Part shown: positions 9,994 through 19,392 of the stretch, in pieces | Position numbering within the stretch: the stretch's first letter is position 1 | Layout of the letters: the number at the start of each line of letters is the position of its first letter | The notes under the pieces: model-generated | What the model was told of the DNA's origin: nothing | Database searches by the model: none | What the model saw: only the letters and a program-made list of their open reading frames with translations | From: an uncultured Verrucomicrobiae bacterium | GTDB taxonomy: Bacteria; Chlamydiota; Chlamydiia; Chlamydiales; Rhabdochlamydiaceae | Direction: 5' to 3' | Length of the DNA: 64,000 nt | NCBI GenBank assembly: GCA_963818965.1 | Contig: CAWFUG010000011.1 | Location: 224,001 to 288,000 of the forward strand | Made by a program: the position numbers and the translations under genes

Positions 9994-10738
9994 AAACATT
10001 AGACTCACCCTCTCCTACCACGGCAAGCCGTTCCAAGGCTGGCAAAAAGTAGGCGTAGGAAAGAGCATCGAAACGACGCTACAGAACGCCCTAGAGACCA
10101 TCCTCCGCCACCCCGTCACCCTGCAAGCGGCGAGCCGCACTGATGCTGGCGTCCACGCCCGCGCGCAAATCGTCAACTTCTTCTCACCCAGTATCAATCT
10201 ACAACGCTGTGTCTACAGCTTAAATCGCCTGTTGCAGAAAGAGATCTGCATCCATTCCGCAGAAGAAGCCCCCCTAGAATTCCATCCCACCCTTGATGCG
10301 AAAGGAAAAGAGTACCTCTACCAGATCTGCTACGGCCCCATTCAGCTCCCTTTCCTCCAAGAGACCTCCTGGCACTTCCCCTACCCCCTCGATCTCCTCC
10401 AAATGGAACAGGGCGCAGCACTTCTGCTCGGCACCCACGATTTTTCCGCCCTCTGCAATGCACGCGTGCTGTGGGACCGCACCCCGTTCTGCACCCTACA
10501 GTCGATCCAAATCACCCCTCTAGCCATCGATCGCCTCCAGATCGCCATCATCGGAGACCGCTTCCTCTACAAAATGATGCGCAACCTCGCCGGAACTCTC
10601 GCCTACATCGGCTGCGGCAAGCTCCAGAAAGACGCCCTTCCCAAAATCCTGGAGGGGAAAGACCGCGCTCTCGCTGGGATGACAGCTCCCGCGCACGGCC
10701 TCTGCCTCAACCGCGTCTTTTATGCGAATCTCCCTTAA
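9959..10738 (+). CDS. truA: tRNA pseudouridine(38-40) synthase
   Basis: ASRTDAGVHA, GTHDFSA, FLYKMMRNL and TAPAHGLCL motifs. Confidence 0.95.
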   Translation: MESTSSSKPPLKNIRLTLSYHGKPFQGWQKVGVGKSIETTLQNALETILRHPVTLQAASRTDAGVHARAQIVNFFSPSINLQRCVYSLNRLLQKEICIHSAEEAPLEFHPTLDAKGKEYLYQICYGPIQLPFLQETSWHFPYPLDLLQMEQGAALLLGTHDFSALCNARVLWDRTPFCTLQSIQITPLAIDRLQIAIIGDRFLYKMMRNLAGTLAYIGCGKLQKDALPKILEGKDRALAGMTAPAHGLCLNRVFYANLP

Positions 10739-10811
10739 GTTTTATCCGTATGCGGCCTAAAAAAATCGACAATCGAATCAGCTCCTTGCCCTTTTTAAGG
10801 TAGCGGCTTTG

Positions 10812-11024
10812 TTATGTAGATTTCTTTTTGCGTTGAGCAGAAGAGCGTTTTTTTTTGGCCGGTTTGATCGGCACAAGCTCATAGCGATAGGGGGGCTTTA
10901 TTTCGACGATTTTCCCATTCCGGGAAAAGACAAGGGCTGTACCTGTCCGGATAGCCGTTTCGAAAGCTATTTGGAAACTCTGTTCATGAGCCTCTAAAAT
11001 ATATTTGCCTAAACCTTCACTCAT
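10812..11024 (-). CDS. Small basic protein, putative antitoxin-like partner of a zeta-toxin-like ATPase
   Basis: 70-aa ORF with an LVFSRNGKIVEI motif, translationally coupled to the upstream ATPase remnant. Confidence 0.5.
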   Translation of the reverse strand: MSEGLGKYILEAHEQSFQIAFETAIRTGTALVFSRNGKIVEIKPPYRYELVPIKPAKKKRSSAQRKKKST

Positions 11025-11148
11025 GGGCTATTTCCTCCATTCTTTTCCAGATAGCTTCATCTAAAATATTCATAGATTTATTTTTAAGCTTTCCAGCAAT
11101 CAATCTTTTTGAAGATTCTTCAGAATACCAGGAAAAAGCTTTTAGAAA
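11017..11148 (-). pseudogene. C-terminal remnant of a zeta-toxin-like (COG4185-type) ATPase
   Basis: Minus frame reads YSEESSKRLIAGKLKNKSMNILDEAIWKRMEEIAHE* and is cut at the repeat starting 11149. Family assignment is from recalled similarity. Confidence 0.4.
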
Positions 11149-11320
11149 CTATACCCAAGTGGACTCAATCGTACCCAAGAAAACCGAATAAAAAGTTCTC
11201 AAATTTCGAATCAAAGGGAGGGGGTAATATTGAATTAATATTAACCCCCTCCCTTTGATTCGAAATTTGAGGCTTTTAATCGGTTTGCTTGTGGTTACGA
11301 TTGAGGTGGAAGGGGTATAG
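11149..11320. repeat. Family C long palindromic element (CTATAC...GTATAG)
   Basis: ~172-bp fold-back centred on aaagggagggggtaatattgaattaatattaaccccctcccttt. Confidence 0.9.
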
Positions 11321-11377
11321 AGCGATCGAGAGAATTTCAGGCAGACAATTTGACTTATATCTCTATGCTTTTTAAAA

Positions 11378-11463
11378 TTATACCCCAGTCGGCCTCAAAC
11401 TTGGAATTTGGCGGGAGCTTTCGCGCCGGCCAAATTCCAAGTTTGAGGCCGACTGGGGTATAA
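11378..11463. repeat. Near-perfect palindrome with TATAC...GTATA ends
   Basis: ttataccccagtcggcctcaaacttggaatttggc...gccaaattccaagtttgaggccgactggggtataa, just upstream of the map RBS. Confidence 0.9.
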
Positions 11464-11482
11464 GTGCAACAATAGGAGCAAA

Positions 11483-12382
11483 ATGATCTCACGCAATGAC
11501 TTTTGTTGGTGTGGCAGCGGAAAAAAGTGGAAAAAGTGCCATTTCCCCGATGAGGGCCTCGATCAGGGCACGGCTCAAACCCCCTCCCTTCGCCAGCAGT
11601 ACCTAAAAAAGTACGGCATCCGCATCAAGACGAAAGAAGAGATCGCGGGGATCCGACGCGCCTGCCTCCTCGCTGCTGAAATTCTCGATAAGACTGCCGC
11701 CATGGCCAAAGAGGGCGTGACGACTAATGCACTCAACGCCTTCGCCCACAACCTCCACATCGAAGCAGGTGCGATCCCCGGCTCCCTAGGCTACGGCAAT
11801 CCCCCCTTCCCTAAGAGCATCTGCACTTCTCTCAACGAAGTCATCTGCCACGGCATTCCCAATGATATCCCCCTCAAAGAAGGGGATATCCTCAACATCG
11901 ATGTCGCTCTAGAGCTCAAGGGCTACTTCGGCGACAACAGCCGCATGGTGATCATCGGAAACACCACAGAAGAGAAAAAACGAGTCGTTGAGGTCAGCTA
12001 TCAGAGTCTCATGCGCTCGATCGCCATTCTAAAACCGGGACTCATGGTCTATGAAATCGGAGATCTGATCGAAGATTATGCCACAGCACACCACTGCTCC
12101 GTCGTCGATCAGTTCGTAGGCCATGGGGTCGGTCTGACCATGCATGAACCACCTCAAATCCCCCACCACCGCAACCAGCTCAAAATCCCCCTCGTCGTCG
12201 GGATGACCTTCACGATTGAGCCGATGATCAACGCGGGTGTCCGCTCAGGCTACATCGACCCAAAAGACCACTGGACCGTGCGCACGACAGACGGGAAACC
12301 CAGCGCCCAGTGGGAACACACTCTATTGATTACGGAGGAGGGAGCGGAGATTCTGACGCCGTGGCATTTGCATCTAAGTTAG
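11483..12382 (+). CDS. map: Methionine aminopeptidase with N-terminal SEC-C motif
   Basis: RNDFCWCGSGKKWKKCH, CTSLNEVICHGIP, GHGVG, FTIEPMIN and AQWEHT motifs. Confidence 0.95.
   Translation: MISRNDFCWCGSGKKWKKCHFPDEGLDQGTAQTPSLRQQYLKKYGIRIKTKEEIAGIRRACLLAAEILDKTAAMAKEGVTTNALNAFAHNLHIEAGAIPGSLGYGNPPFPKSICTSLNEVICHGIPNDIPLKEGDILNIDVALELKGYFGDNSRMVIIGNTTEEKKRVVEVSYQSLMRSIAILKPGLMVYEIGDLIEDYATAHHCSVVDQFVGHGVGLTMHEPPQIPHHRNQLKIPLVVGMTFTIEPMINAGVRSGYIDPKDHWTVRTTDGKPSAQWEHTLLITEEGAEILTPWHLHLS
12271..12364 (+). repeat. Left direct repeat (map 3' end) of the island
   Basis: ~94 bp, near-identical to 18514-18608. Confidence 0.9.
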
Positions 12383-12389
12383 AGCCTGT

Positions 12390-13292
12390 CTATTTTTTTG
12401 TTCCTGTAACCTTGTCGAGATAGATCCGAATGAGTGCAGATATTTTGATATAATTCATTGCGCCTTCTGGGTCAGTTGGTAAAACTTCTATAGTAGTAAG
12501 ATCTATTTTTTCGCCTCCACTCTCCAGATAACCCTCTCCCGGAAGAAGACTCTTTTTGATGATAGATTGCATACTGCCCACAGGTTTGATATGCACCTCT
12601 TCTTTTTCAGGAAAAAATCTACTTGCAACAACACAAGGAAGGCTATGCAATAACATTGATAAACCTGCATATTTTTCCTCAAACACCCAATGAGGATTTC
12701 TGGAAACGCCTCGATTATGAAAGCTATTTTTGCCGGAAAAATTTGAGCCGACTGATATAAGGATATCACTATATGAATTGATAAAGTTTTTAAGAGTAAA
12801 TCCTTCACCCGTCACGTCTTGACCCTGATCCAGAATAGAAAAATCACGATTTTTTGATATATAAACAACGTAGTTCAGTCCTTCTGCACTAGTACTCATA
12901 TGATTGATGCCAACGGAATTTGCATTAAGAAGGTCGACTATCTTATTGTTTGTTTTATTTTTCAATCTTATCGCCTTTTCTGTTAACAAGACATACTCAT
13001 CATTTGTAAAACCAGTAACATCTATTATTTCTTTATCATACTTAGGGTAATTAGCTTTCCCTGCAAGACTCACAAGACCACTAAGTACTCCTCTAGAATT
13101 TTGGTTGGCAATCCAACAGCTCATCCTTTTAAAGCGATTCCAATGGTTTGTGTTTTTTTTAGTTAATAACTCCATTCGAAGGAAAAGCGGCTCTTCATTT
13201 ACATGAACCGTCGCTCCAAAAACACCTTCTCGTATAACATAAGGCATTGACTCTTCTATTGATCCCAACTGACAACTTCCTATGCTACTCAT
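12390..13292 (-). CDS. Hypothetical protein (AT-rich, island)
   Basis: 300-aa ORF with an AT-rich upstream region. No recognisable family. Confidence 0.7.
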   Translation of the reverse strand: MSSIGSCQLGSIEESMPYVIREGVFGATVHVNEEPLFLRMELLTKKNTNHWNRFKRMSCWIANQNSRGVLSGLVSLAGKANYPKYDKEIIDVTGFTNDEYVLLTEKAIRLKNKTNNKIVDLLNANSVGINHMSTSAEGLNYVVYISKNRDFSILDQGQDVTGEGFTLKNFINSYSDILISVGSNFSGKNSFHNRGVSRNPHWVFEEKYAGLSMLLHSLPCVVASRFFPEKEEVHIKPVGSMQSIIKKSLLPGEGYLESGGEKIDLTTIEVLPTDPEGAMNYIKISALIRIYLDKVTGTKK

Positions 13293-13451
13293 AAAAACCC
13301 CAAATCACATCGTTAAACAAACTTAATTTACATTATAAAGATGTATTAAAATAAAACCAAGTGAAAAGTAACTTTTACACAAAAAGATGTGAATTTATTT
13401 AAATACTAAATTATCTTGTAATAATGAAGCCGTTTTTGGAGATCTCTTCTA

Positions 13452-14159
13452 CTATAGACTCCCACCACCATCCACGCAGAGAGTTTGCCCAGTGATGAAT
13501 CCTGCATCCTCGGAAAGCAGAAACTCAATCGCAGCAGCCACTTCCTTGGGTTGTCCTACTCGACCCATGGGGATGTGTGTCAGCAGCTCCGTCTCCGCCT
13601 CACTACCAGCAGGGCGGATGGCGCGAAACATACTGGTTTCGATAGGACCAGGAGCTACTGCATTAACAGTAACACCGAATGGAGCCAATTCAAGAGCCCA
13701 TACGCGTGTACAACCGATGAGAGCACTCTTCGCAGCTGCATAACTCGTCCGTCCTGGAACCCCAAAGATTGCCCTAGAGGCGAGATTGACTATGCGCCCC
13801 CACTTGCGCTCCTTCATCCTACCCACGAGACCCTGTGCCATTTGGACTGCAGTACGAACATTGATGTCATATAGAGTTTTCAAAGTATCGAGGTCAATAG
13901 AGCCTAAAGGTTGAGGTCCGCCAGCTCCTACATTATTCACTAGAGCATCCACAGGGTATCGATCGAGAAGTAACGCAATGACACGCTCTGTTTCCTTTTC
14001 ACTGCTCAAATCACAAGGGAGGAATTGGCCGAGAAACACCTCTTCCGGTTCTGTGCGAGCAATTCCTATTACATGGTATCCCGCACTTGCCAGACGTTGG
14101 CTCGTAGCCAACCCAATCCCTTTTGAAGCTCCCGTAATGACAACCGTCTTCTTTTTCAT
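13452..14159 (-). CDS. Short-chain dehydrogenase/reductase
   Basis: TGASKGIG, NNVG, YAAAK, VNAVAPG and VDGG motifs. Confidence 0.9.
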   Translation of the reverse strand: MKKKTVVITGASKGIGLATSQRLASAGYHVIGIARTEPEEVFLGQFLPCDLSSEKETERVIALLLDRYPVDALVNNVGAGGPQPLGSIDLDTLKTLYDINVRTAVQMAQGLVGRMKERKWGRIVNLASRAIFGVPGRTSYAAAKSALIGCTRVWALELAPFGVTVNAVAPGPIETSMFRAIRPAGSEAETELLTHIPMGRVGQPKEVAAAIEFLLSEDAGFITGQTLCVDGGGSL

Positions 14160-14169
14160 ATAACCTCTT

Positions 14170-14334
14170 ATCTCTCAGCATATTTGTTGTCGATCCCTTG
14201 CTTTTCCATTTCTTTCTCCACTTGGAAAACGAAAATCTTCTTGGCTACGGTTTCTTCGATTTCCTCTGAGGTTCTCTCTCTTTCTCTCTAAGAAAATCAT
14301 CAAAATTGGAGCCGATGTGTTTATTCTTTGTCAT
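14170..14334 (-). pseudogene. Degraded XRE/antitoxin-like HTH regulator
   Basis: Reads MTKNKHIGSNFDDFL, frameshifts in a (GA)n tract, then EEIEETVAKKIFVFQVEKEMEKQGID. The HTH part is missing. Confidence 0.55.
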
Positions 14335-16066
14335 AATAAATTTTCCAATGCAGATGAGTTAACAGGTCTGTTTCTTCTGCCGTTAATTTATCAGGAGGGT
14401 TTTTTGCATATTGATCAAGAGCTTCTGCGATTGCTTCCAAAGAATATCCTTCCTTTTGTCCTAATTTGAAATGAGACCAGGCCCTTGCACCTAACTGATA
14501 AGCTTCTTGGTGTTTTAGCTTTTCATAACAAGCTCTTATTTCTGTTTCCCTATAGCATAATGTGGATATTTCCATCTCATTTAAATGAAATTCCGATGAG
14601 TTGTTTTGAGAAATAACTCGAATGAGTTCGACATCAACTTTCAGCGTTAAATTAGGAGCAACGTTACCAGATTCCCCATAAGCAAGGGCGGGATGAATAT
14701 CAAATCAGCCTCTTTTCTCCAACTTTCATGCCTTTGAGAGCAGCTCTAAACCCTAGGATGCACTCTCTTAAATTGATAGTCGAATTTTCCTGTATCAAGA
14801 TTTCTTCCGAAGGATTTGAAATGGTATACTTCAAATAGACAGTAGCATCCTCTGACTCTAGACTTTCGCCTTGTCCTTCATTTTTCGAGTAAAAATACAA
14901 CTTATCAGGAACAATGCATGTTAAGTCATCTCTTTCAGTCAATGCTTGGAAGACTGCTTTCGTCTCAATTAAATTATCCAACGCCATAAGCTCTCTCTCA
15001 GCCTGTTGGACATCATTACGTAAACGATCCCATTCCTTATCGGAGAGTAGCGTATTTTCTAGATTCGAATGCATACATTCCTTGAACAAAATAACGCATC
15101 CATCGTTCCTCACAAGTAGGAATCCCCTGAAGAATCGAACGTACTATTAGGGAAGTCCAATCGATATTCTTTAATTCCCAGGCAGGCCCTGACAAAGTTT
15201 TTATGATCGCTAGCCTTTGCTTTATATTTTCTAAAAAATGCTGGAGCACCTATGCTAGGAGATCTTGAGAATAGAGTATTTAGTTGGACTTTTTTCTGCT
15301 CTCACGAATATCTATCTAAGAGCTTTTTTGTTTCAGGACCTCTCGGACACCCAAACCAAGGAAACCCAGGAATTGCTTTAGGAACAATATCCTTAGAAAC
15401 AAGAGTTTCTTTCTCTAATTCATCCAGCTCATGACTTAATGAAATCAAAGGAATTTTCTCTGTTCTATAAAGCTTGTCTTCGAGAATTTCCTGATGACTT
15501 ACATGCAAGGCATTTTGCGTGCCAAATCCTAAAATAATCCCAGTTAACACTTTATCATGCTTTAAAGAGGGTGAAAAGCCTCGATCGCAATTGGTCAAAT
15601 CGCAAAGTACTCCTTGAGGGGTTGTTTTCGGGCCTAGGATATATTGAAATAAAGGCAAATTATCCCGCACAGATTTAACCACCTCGTCGCTGTTAACAAC
15701 AGCGACTTCTTCCCAGCCATAACTAATGGGTTTATAAGATTGAATAAAGTATCGCTGTCGATTTTTTTTTAAAGGGATCTTTTCCCATACGCGAAGTCCT
15801 TCCCGAAGAACAATGATCCTTCTGTGAAGAATGCCCCCTACCATGAAAAGGTTTTCCTCAGAAGGAAGAATACCCTCTATACAAGCGGGCTTGCTTCCAT
15901 ATAATACAAAGCCCCCCTGTGACTCTTCTAAAAGAACACGAAAAAAAACGTCTAAAACGGCACGTTTAGAAACGTACTCTTGCTCTTCATCATGGGCCAT
16001 CCCAGATAGAGGTAGCGAGATCGCGATCCATACAAGCAATCCCAAACATCGAAAGCGACTCATCAT
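14321..16066 (-). pseudogene. Fragmented secreted protein with an FKBP-type PPIase domain
   Basis: ORF pieces 15302-16066, 15037-15249, 14700-15113 and 14321-14575 join through frameshifts. GFRAALKGMKVGEKRLI / IHPALAYG...PNLTLKVDVEL is an FKBP signature. Confidence 0.7.
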
Positions 16067-16440
16067 TATCCTCTAAAAAAAGGGCAACTCCTCTGATTAC
16101 ATCTCCCATCACCATGAGTGGATGGGTGACCATTAGGGCATTCTAAGAGAGTATAAGCACTATCCGGCTCGGAATGCATCGATTCTGCTGTTCTAGAGGA
16201 AGTTGCAATTGCATGAGAACTCTTTGGAATAGCGATAATTTTGTCTGCTTTGAGGTGGATTTCCCCATTTTCGCTGATATGGCAATACTGCTCTATATCA
16301 CTATCCATCAGTTCCAAAAGAAACGTTGTGCTGTCTCCCTTTTCGTTTTGTCCCATTAAAACATATGTGTTTTCACTGGCATAGGATGTATAGCAAACAA
16401 CAATGAAAAGAAAAAAAGGGATTCGTTTAATGAAGTTCAT
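16066..16440 (-). CDS. Small secreted protein with a C-terminal Cys/His cluster
   Basis: Signal peptide from MNFIKRIP and C-terminal ECPNGH...GRCNQRSCPF. Its stop overlaps the next start. Confidence 0.65.
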   Translation of the reverse strand: MNFIKRIPFFLFIVVCYTSYASENTYVLMGQNEKGDSTTFLLELMDSDIEQYCHISENGEIHLKADKIIAIPKSSHAIATSSRTAESMHSEPDSAYTLLECPNGHPSTHGDGRCNQRSCPFFRG

Positions 16441-16643
16441 AAACACCTTCCTGACATTTTTTGGTAGGTTTTGACTCATCGGTTTATACCACAGGGTATA
16501 ACCTGCTCGAATTTACCGTAGCACCGACGATTTCAGCAATAAAAATTTTTGTGCGTCATACCTCATAAACTTCTGCAATTTGGAAATCGCTTCCATCATA
16601 GACTACCACCACCATGAAATACCTCGCTCGTCAAAATTCTCTT

Positions 16644-17006
16644 CTATCTCAACCAAATGAACAAAGAAATCACGACCAAAGCTGATAGAAAACAGATTAG
16701 AGGTAGAAGACAAAAGAAAACCATTTTTCCATACCGCCTTTCCAGGGATCGTGCGCAGATAAAATAGAGGCTAAACGGCATGGAAAGCGGGACAGTTGTC
16801 ACTAAGAGTATGCTCAGCAGAATCTCTACTCCAGGCAAATCAGCTGCCAATGCCGTACATCCCCCAAGGATGGGCAGATATACTAGAGCAGGAAGAAATA
16901 ACACTACGTAGATACACATGAACAGGTTCCCAAAAAAATTGGCACCCCTCCAAACTGGTTCTGCACTAGTTTTAGTTGTCATGTTTTTGGCAGCCGGCAG
17001 GCTCAA
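16644..17006 (-). CDS. Small 3-TM membrane protein (candidate immunity protein)
   Basis: Three hydrophobic segments. Overlaps the end of the upstream gene. Start uncertain. Confidence 0.6.
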   Translation of the reverse strand: MSLPAAKNMTTKTSAEPVWRGANFFGNLFMCIYVVLFLPALVYLPILGGCTALAADLPGVEILLSILLVTTVPLSMPFSLYFICARSLERRYGKMVFFCLLPLICFLSALVVISLFIWLR

Positions 17007-18456
17007 GTTTATATTCCTGAATAATTTTCTTTAGAGTGTCCTGATAACAGGGCGCGAGGAATGCATGCTCCCAAGTGCCAGATCTGTTTTCATCTAGAAT
17101 GGTGACATTCTGTGCTTTATCCAGAAGATCCCCGTAGTACTCTAACCTGCGTCGTCGGAACTCATCAATCGTACTGCGTACTTGGGTGGTCATCAAACGT
17201 TCAAAGTCTCTTCGTATCAAATACTCAATCACTTGCTCAACAGTACAACCGGCCTTTTTTCCTTCATGCAACTCTAGAAGAAATAGGGAAATCTCGTTGT
17301 TTGCACCTCTAGTAATAATATCAGCAACACTAAAATAATTATGGGAATCAGTATGTGCACGATCTGACAAAACCAGTGAAGCGCCACCAAGCGTGAACAC
17401 CCTAATGCGTTGGCGCTCTGAATGAGAGTTTACTCAATCCCATATCTGCGATTAATGCACCTGGCTGTGTGCAATGACAACGATCGGGGGTTTAATTGAG
17501 GAGGAAGAGCGGTCGGACAGTTGAATAAGCATCTTAAAAAATTGAGCGCAAAATTTAACGGTTTCCGAATCGTACCCCGCCAACTGCATCCAGACATCAG
17601 CAAAACTACCTGGAGCGTCATTGGCTAAATAGAATACATGCTCTCCATTTGCCAGCTCTGAGATAAGATTTGCAGACGCCAATGATCTTTCAGGCTCGTT
17701 AAAGATCCCGTTAATGAATCCCCAAATGCATTGCCCTTCTCTTTCCGTTCCCACTTCCCTCACGGCATCTGCAAACTCTTTCTCAATTCCATATTCTTGT
17801 TGTTGAAAACGAATTTGGTCGCAGTGATGTCCCGGTCTGGATCGCAGGTAAGTTTCTCCGTTACTACGGTGGACTATTACAGCATCAAGCTGGTGATTTT
17901 CTACGCGCTGTATAGCTTGTAATTTGGTCAATAAATTTTCATAACCAGACAAATAGAATTCCACTTTTCGATGTGAGGAGTGGAATCTAGTTGTGATCTT
18001 TGGGAGCAGGGCAAAGGCATGTCTATTGTCTAGAGAAAAATGAGCAAGCTCTTGGATTCCTAGCAACAACCGAGCAAACTCTTCTGAGCGAAGAGATCTA
18101 GGTTTTGTCTGAGGGGCTAATTTGGTAATACCACATAGGCGATTCAAGTATTCCTCGGGATAAGCAGGCTGATAATATTTGGCGATTTCTATAAGGGGAG
18201 AATCAAAATACTTGGTTAAGATAATCCAGTTCCGAAGTGCTGCTTGCCCAACTAACGGATCCCGAAAAATAGCATATTGATGATGGCTCCCAATAGCGCG
18301 ATATTCTGTACAATGCACACTGTGTGATAATAGGAGTCCAGGGTTATTCAATTTCGATGCAAGACTGCCCCCACGTGCCACATATTTGTTGTCGAAGATG
18401 TCGAAATAGAACACAATCTCATCATCGTATCGGTAAGCCTTTTTTAATATTTCCAT
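16972..18456 (-). pseudogene. Frameshifted multidomain protein: NNPG lysozyme-like, DUF3892-like and DUF687/lipase-like regions
   Basis: GGSLASKLNNPG, YLRSRPG and FINGIFN motifs. AHSQ(G) nucleophile elbow is broken by frameshifts near 17420-17462 and continues as VFTLGGA. Confidence 0.6.
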
Positions 18457-18513
18457 TGGTACCTATGCATGTTGGAATAGAGAGTTTAGTTGGATCATGA
18501 CATTTCTGTCTAT

Positions 18514-18611
18514 CTGGACCGTGCGGACGACAGACGGGAAACCCAGCGCTTAATTGGGAACACACCTTATTGATTACGGAGGAGGGAGCGGAGATTCTGA
18601 CGCCGTGGTGA
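18514..18611 (+). repeat. Right direct repeat (degenerate map 3' end with TGG-TGA stop)
   Basis: ctggaccgtgcggacgacagacgggaaacc...gagattctgacgccgtggtga. Confidence 0.9.
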
Positions 18612-19392
18612 GCCGGTCGAAAAGAGGGAAGAGACTCTCTTCGATTTTTTTCTTTGGTTTGCGCGGACGGACGACTTTTTTTGGTTCCGTGAGTCCCGAG
18701 ATACATTCCTGAAGGCAAGAGATTTCTCTCTCTTTTTCCTTTAGTTCCTCTTCCATCGCCTTCAAGTGTCCGATGGCCTTGAGCTCCGTTTCGAGTTCAT
18801 CGACATCTCTCGCCTCGATCTCTTTTTGCAACGCTAAAAAGGCAGATTCGATCTGGAAGAACTCCCGTCTCGTCTGGTCTAGGACCTGGGCTTTTTCGAG
18901 AAACTGCTGGTGGATCTGATGATACCTGTGCTGCCAGTAGGCGCTTTCTTCCCGCTCTTCTGGGGTCAGCTCTTCTTGTGGAACGACGTTATGGTGCTCT
19001 GCGGTCTGTTTTATAGCCAAGGCAGCGCACTTCGACTCCAACGCCCGCATTTCCGAGCGAAAAACCGCGTCTTCAGCGGCTAAGAGACGAGAAGCTTCGC
19101 GCTGTCCCAAAAGGGTCAACCACCCACTCATTCCAACTGCCGCTGAGAACAGCCAAAAGCGCCAAGAAATCGCATATGAAAAACTGATGGTTCCACAGAG
19201 AAGTGCTAAGAAAACTAAAGAGCAAATGAATCCTTTTCCCTCCCATCTTCGGATGACGATCGTCCCGAAAAAAGCGCTGAGCAGAATCAATGCCTCAAAC
19301 GAGAACGCCTGAAAGAGCGAGAGCGTCGCAGCTGCCAGCAAAAACAAGGGACCGAGTTGGTACCAAAAGCTAATGCCGCGCTCTTCCCTCAT
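18574..19392 (-). CDS. Membrane protein with a coiled-coil C-terminus
   Basis: Four N-terminal TM segments, then E/K-rich heptads. Coupled to the upstream peptidase. Confidence 0.75.
   Translation of the reverse strand: MREERGISFWYQLGPLFLLAAATLSLFQAFSFEALILLSAFFGTIVIRRWEGKGFICSLVFLALLCGTISFSYAISWRFWLFSAAVGMSGWLTLLGQREASRLLAAEDAVFRSEMRALESKCAALAIKQTAEHHNVVPQEELTPEEREESAYWQHRYHQIHQQFLEKAQVLDQTRREFFQIESAFLALQKEIEARDVDELETELKAIGHLKAMEEELKEKEREISCLQECISGLTEPKKVVRPRKPKKKIEESLFPLFDRLTTASESPLPPP

Larger units (their letters stand above)
12365..18513. mobile_element. AT-rich genomic island bounded by duplicated map 3' ends
   Basis: Flanking direct repeat, visibly lower GC, all cargo on the minus strand and several broken genes. 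No integrase seen. Confidence 0.7.
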
